Assembly: GCF_006345805.1 (NCBI RefSeq)
Contig: NW_021836898.1
Span: forward strand, 1 to 21,350
Direction of reading: 5' to 3'
Origin: Octopus sinensis
Taxonomy: Eukaryota
DNA length: 21,350 bases
In this document: positions 20,001-21,350 of the stretch, in pieces
Numbering within the stretch: position 1 is the stretch's first letter
How the letters are laid out: each line of letters starts with the position of its first letter
Made by a program: the position numbers and the translations under genes
The notes under the pieces: generated by a model
The model's database searches: none
What the model was told of the DNA's origin: nothing
Seen by the model: the letters and a program-made list of their open reading frames with translations, nothing else

Positions 20001-21350
20001 TAAACGCATATATACGTACCAAAACAGTAAAACGTGATTTTAGGTGGTTTTGACTGCTATTTCTTGCAAGCCTTTTTCCCCATGTTCGAGGTCTCCCTCG
20101 CTGGCTCATAAACGCATATATACGTACCAAACAGTAAAACGTGATTTCAGGGTTTTTGACTGCTATTCTGCAAGCCTTTTTCCCATGTCGAGGTCTCCCT
20201 CGCTGGCTCATAAACGCATATATACGTACCAAAAGTAAAACGTGATTTCAGGTGGTTTTGACTGCTATTTCTTGCAAGCCTTTTTCCCCATGTCGAGGTC
20301 TCCCTCGCTGGCTCATAAACGCATATATACGTACCAAAACAGTAAAACGTGATTTCAGGTGGTTTTGACTGCTATTTCTTGCAAGCCTTTTTCCCCATGT
20401 CGAGGTCTCCCTCGCTGGCTCATAAACGCATATATACGTACCAAAACAGTAAAACGTGATTTCAGGTGGTTTTGACTGCTATTTCTGGCAAGCCTTTTCC
20501 CCATGTTCAGGTCTCCCTCGCTGGCTCATAAACGCATATATACGTACCAAAACAGTAAAACGTGATTTCAGGTGGTTTTGACTGCTATTTATGGCAAGCC
20601 TTTTTCCCCATGTCGAGGTCTCCCTCGCTGGCTCATAAACGCATATATACGTACCAAAACAGTAAAACGTGATTTCAGGTGGTTTTGACTGCTATTTCTT
20701 GCAAGCCTTTTTCCCCATGTCAGGTCTCCCTCGCTGGCTCATAAACGCATATATACGTACCAAAACAGTAAAACGTGATTTCAGGTGGTTTTGGACTGCT
20801 ATTTCTTGCAAGCCTTTGTCCCCATTTCGAGGTCTCCCTCGCTGGCTCATAAACGCATATATACGTACCAAAACAGTAAAACGTGATTTCAGGTGGTTTT
20901 GACTGCTATTTCTTGCAAGCCTTTTTCCCCATGTTCAGGTCTCCCTCGCTGGCTCATAAACGCATATATACGTACCAAAACAGTAAAACGTGATTTCAGG
21001 TGGTTTTGACTGCTATTTCTGGCAAGCCTTTTTCCCCATGTCAGGTCTCCCTCGCTGGCTCATAAACGCATATATACGTACCAAAACAGTAAAACGTGAT
21101 TTCAGGTGGTTTTGACTGCTATTTCTGGCAAGCCTTTTTCCCCATGTTCAGGTCTCCCTCGCTGGCTCATAAACGCATATATACGTACCAAAACAGTAAA
21201 ACGTGATTTCAGGTGGTTTTTGACTGCTATTTCTGGCAAGCCTTTTTTCCCCATGTCAAGGTCTCCCTCGCTGGCTCATAAACGCATATATACGTACCAA
21301 AACAGTAAAACGTGATTTCAGGTGGTTTGACTGCTATTTATGGCAAGCCT
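14053..21350. repeat. 107-bp tandem satellite, ~64 units, continuing past the window end
   Basis: Consensus CCCATGTCGAGGTCTCCCTCGCTGGCTCATAAACGCATATATACGTACCAAAACAGTAAAACGTGATTTCAGGTGGTTTTGACTGCTATTT(CTTG/ATGG/CTGG)CAAGCCTTTTTC. GTCGAG occurs at 18158, 18265, 18372 and 18479 (107 spacing). About 44% GC with 5 CpG per unit (hand count). Confidence 0.97.
14194..14591 (-). mobile_element. Full-length SINE family B inserted into the satellite, with 9-bp TSD
   Basis: TSD ACGCATATA at 14185-14193 and 14592-14600. The satellite phase resumes correctly after the insertion. Confidence 0.95.

Noticed and set aside
16521-21315. Short repeated ORFs (PFSPCRGLPRWLINAYIRTK)
   Set aside because: The 107-bp period is not a multiple of 3, so these are chance open frames of the satellite.
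14053-21350. HDV-like ribozyme in the satellite unit (GTC-TCCCTCGCT-GGC resembles HDV P3/L3; TTTATGG could pair with TCATAAA as P1)
   Set aside because: There is no G at the putative cleavage site, no GG for P1.1, and no P2 partner after a C-R-A motif. The P1 pairing exists only in one unit variant. An RNArobo/Infernal scan would settle it.
14053-21350. CRISPR array or tandem RNA gene (5S, tRNA, snRNA) cluster
   Set aside because: The units are identical along their whole length with no unique spacers, and I see no 5S, tRNA or snRNA sequence or fold.
14900-21350. Single-base indels in homopolymer runs as real satellite variants
   Set aside because: The pattern (A4/A3, T4/T5, C3/C4) is typical of long-read consensus error, so it was not used for inference.

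Overview
Repeat-saturated eukaryotic DNA with no recognisable host gene. The SINE families and extreme microsatellite density suggest an octopus or other coleoid cephalopod (inference from recalled repeat families, not a search). Nearly all ORFs in the supplied track are artefacts of microsatellites or satellite units. The only real protein remnants are three fragments of R4/Dong-type non-LTR retrotransposons (4224-5955), set in (AAT)n tracts beside an unclassified ~555-bp element that is also flanked by (AAT/ATT)n. Three tRNA-derived SINE families occur: A carries an internal 184-bp tandem unit, B an internal TA/TG microsatellite, and C is a single copy. The window also holds a 412-bp MITE with 31-bp TIRs, a Helitron-like fragment, and a complex ACC/GGT repeat domain with direct and inverted duplications. 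A 107-bp satellite array (~64 units) fills 14053-21350, runs off the window end, and has a SINE B insertion with a 9-bp TSD at its edge.
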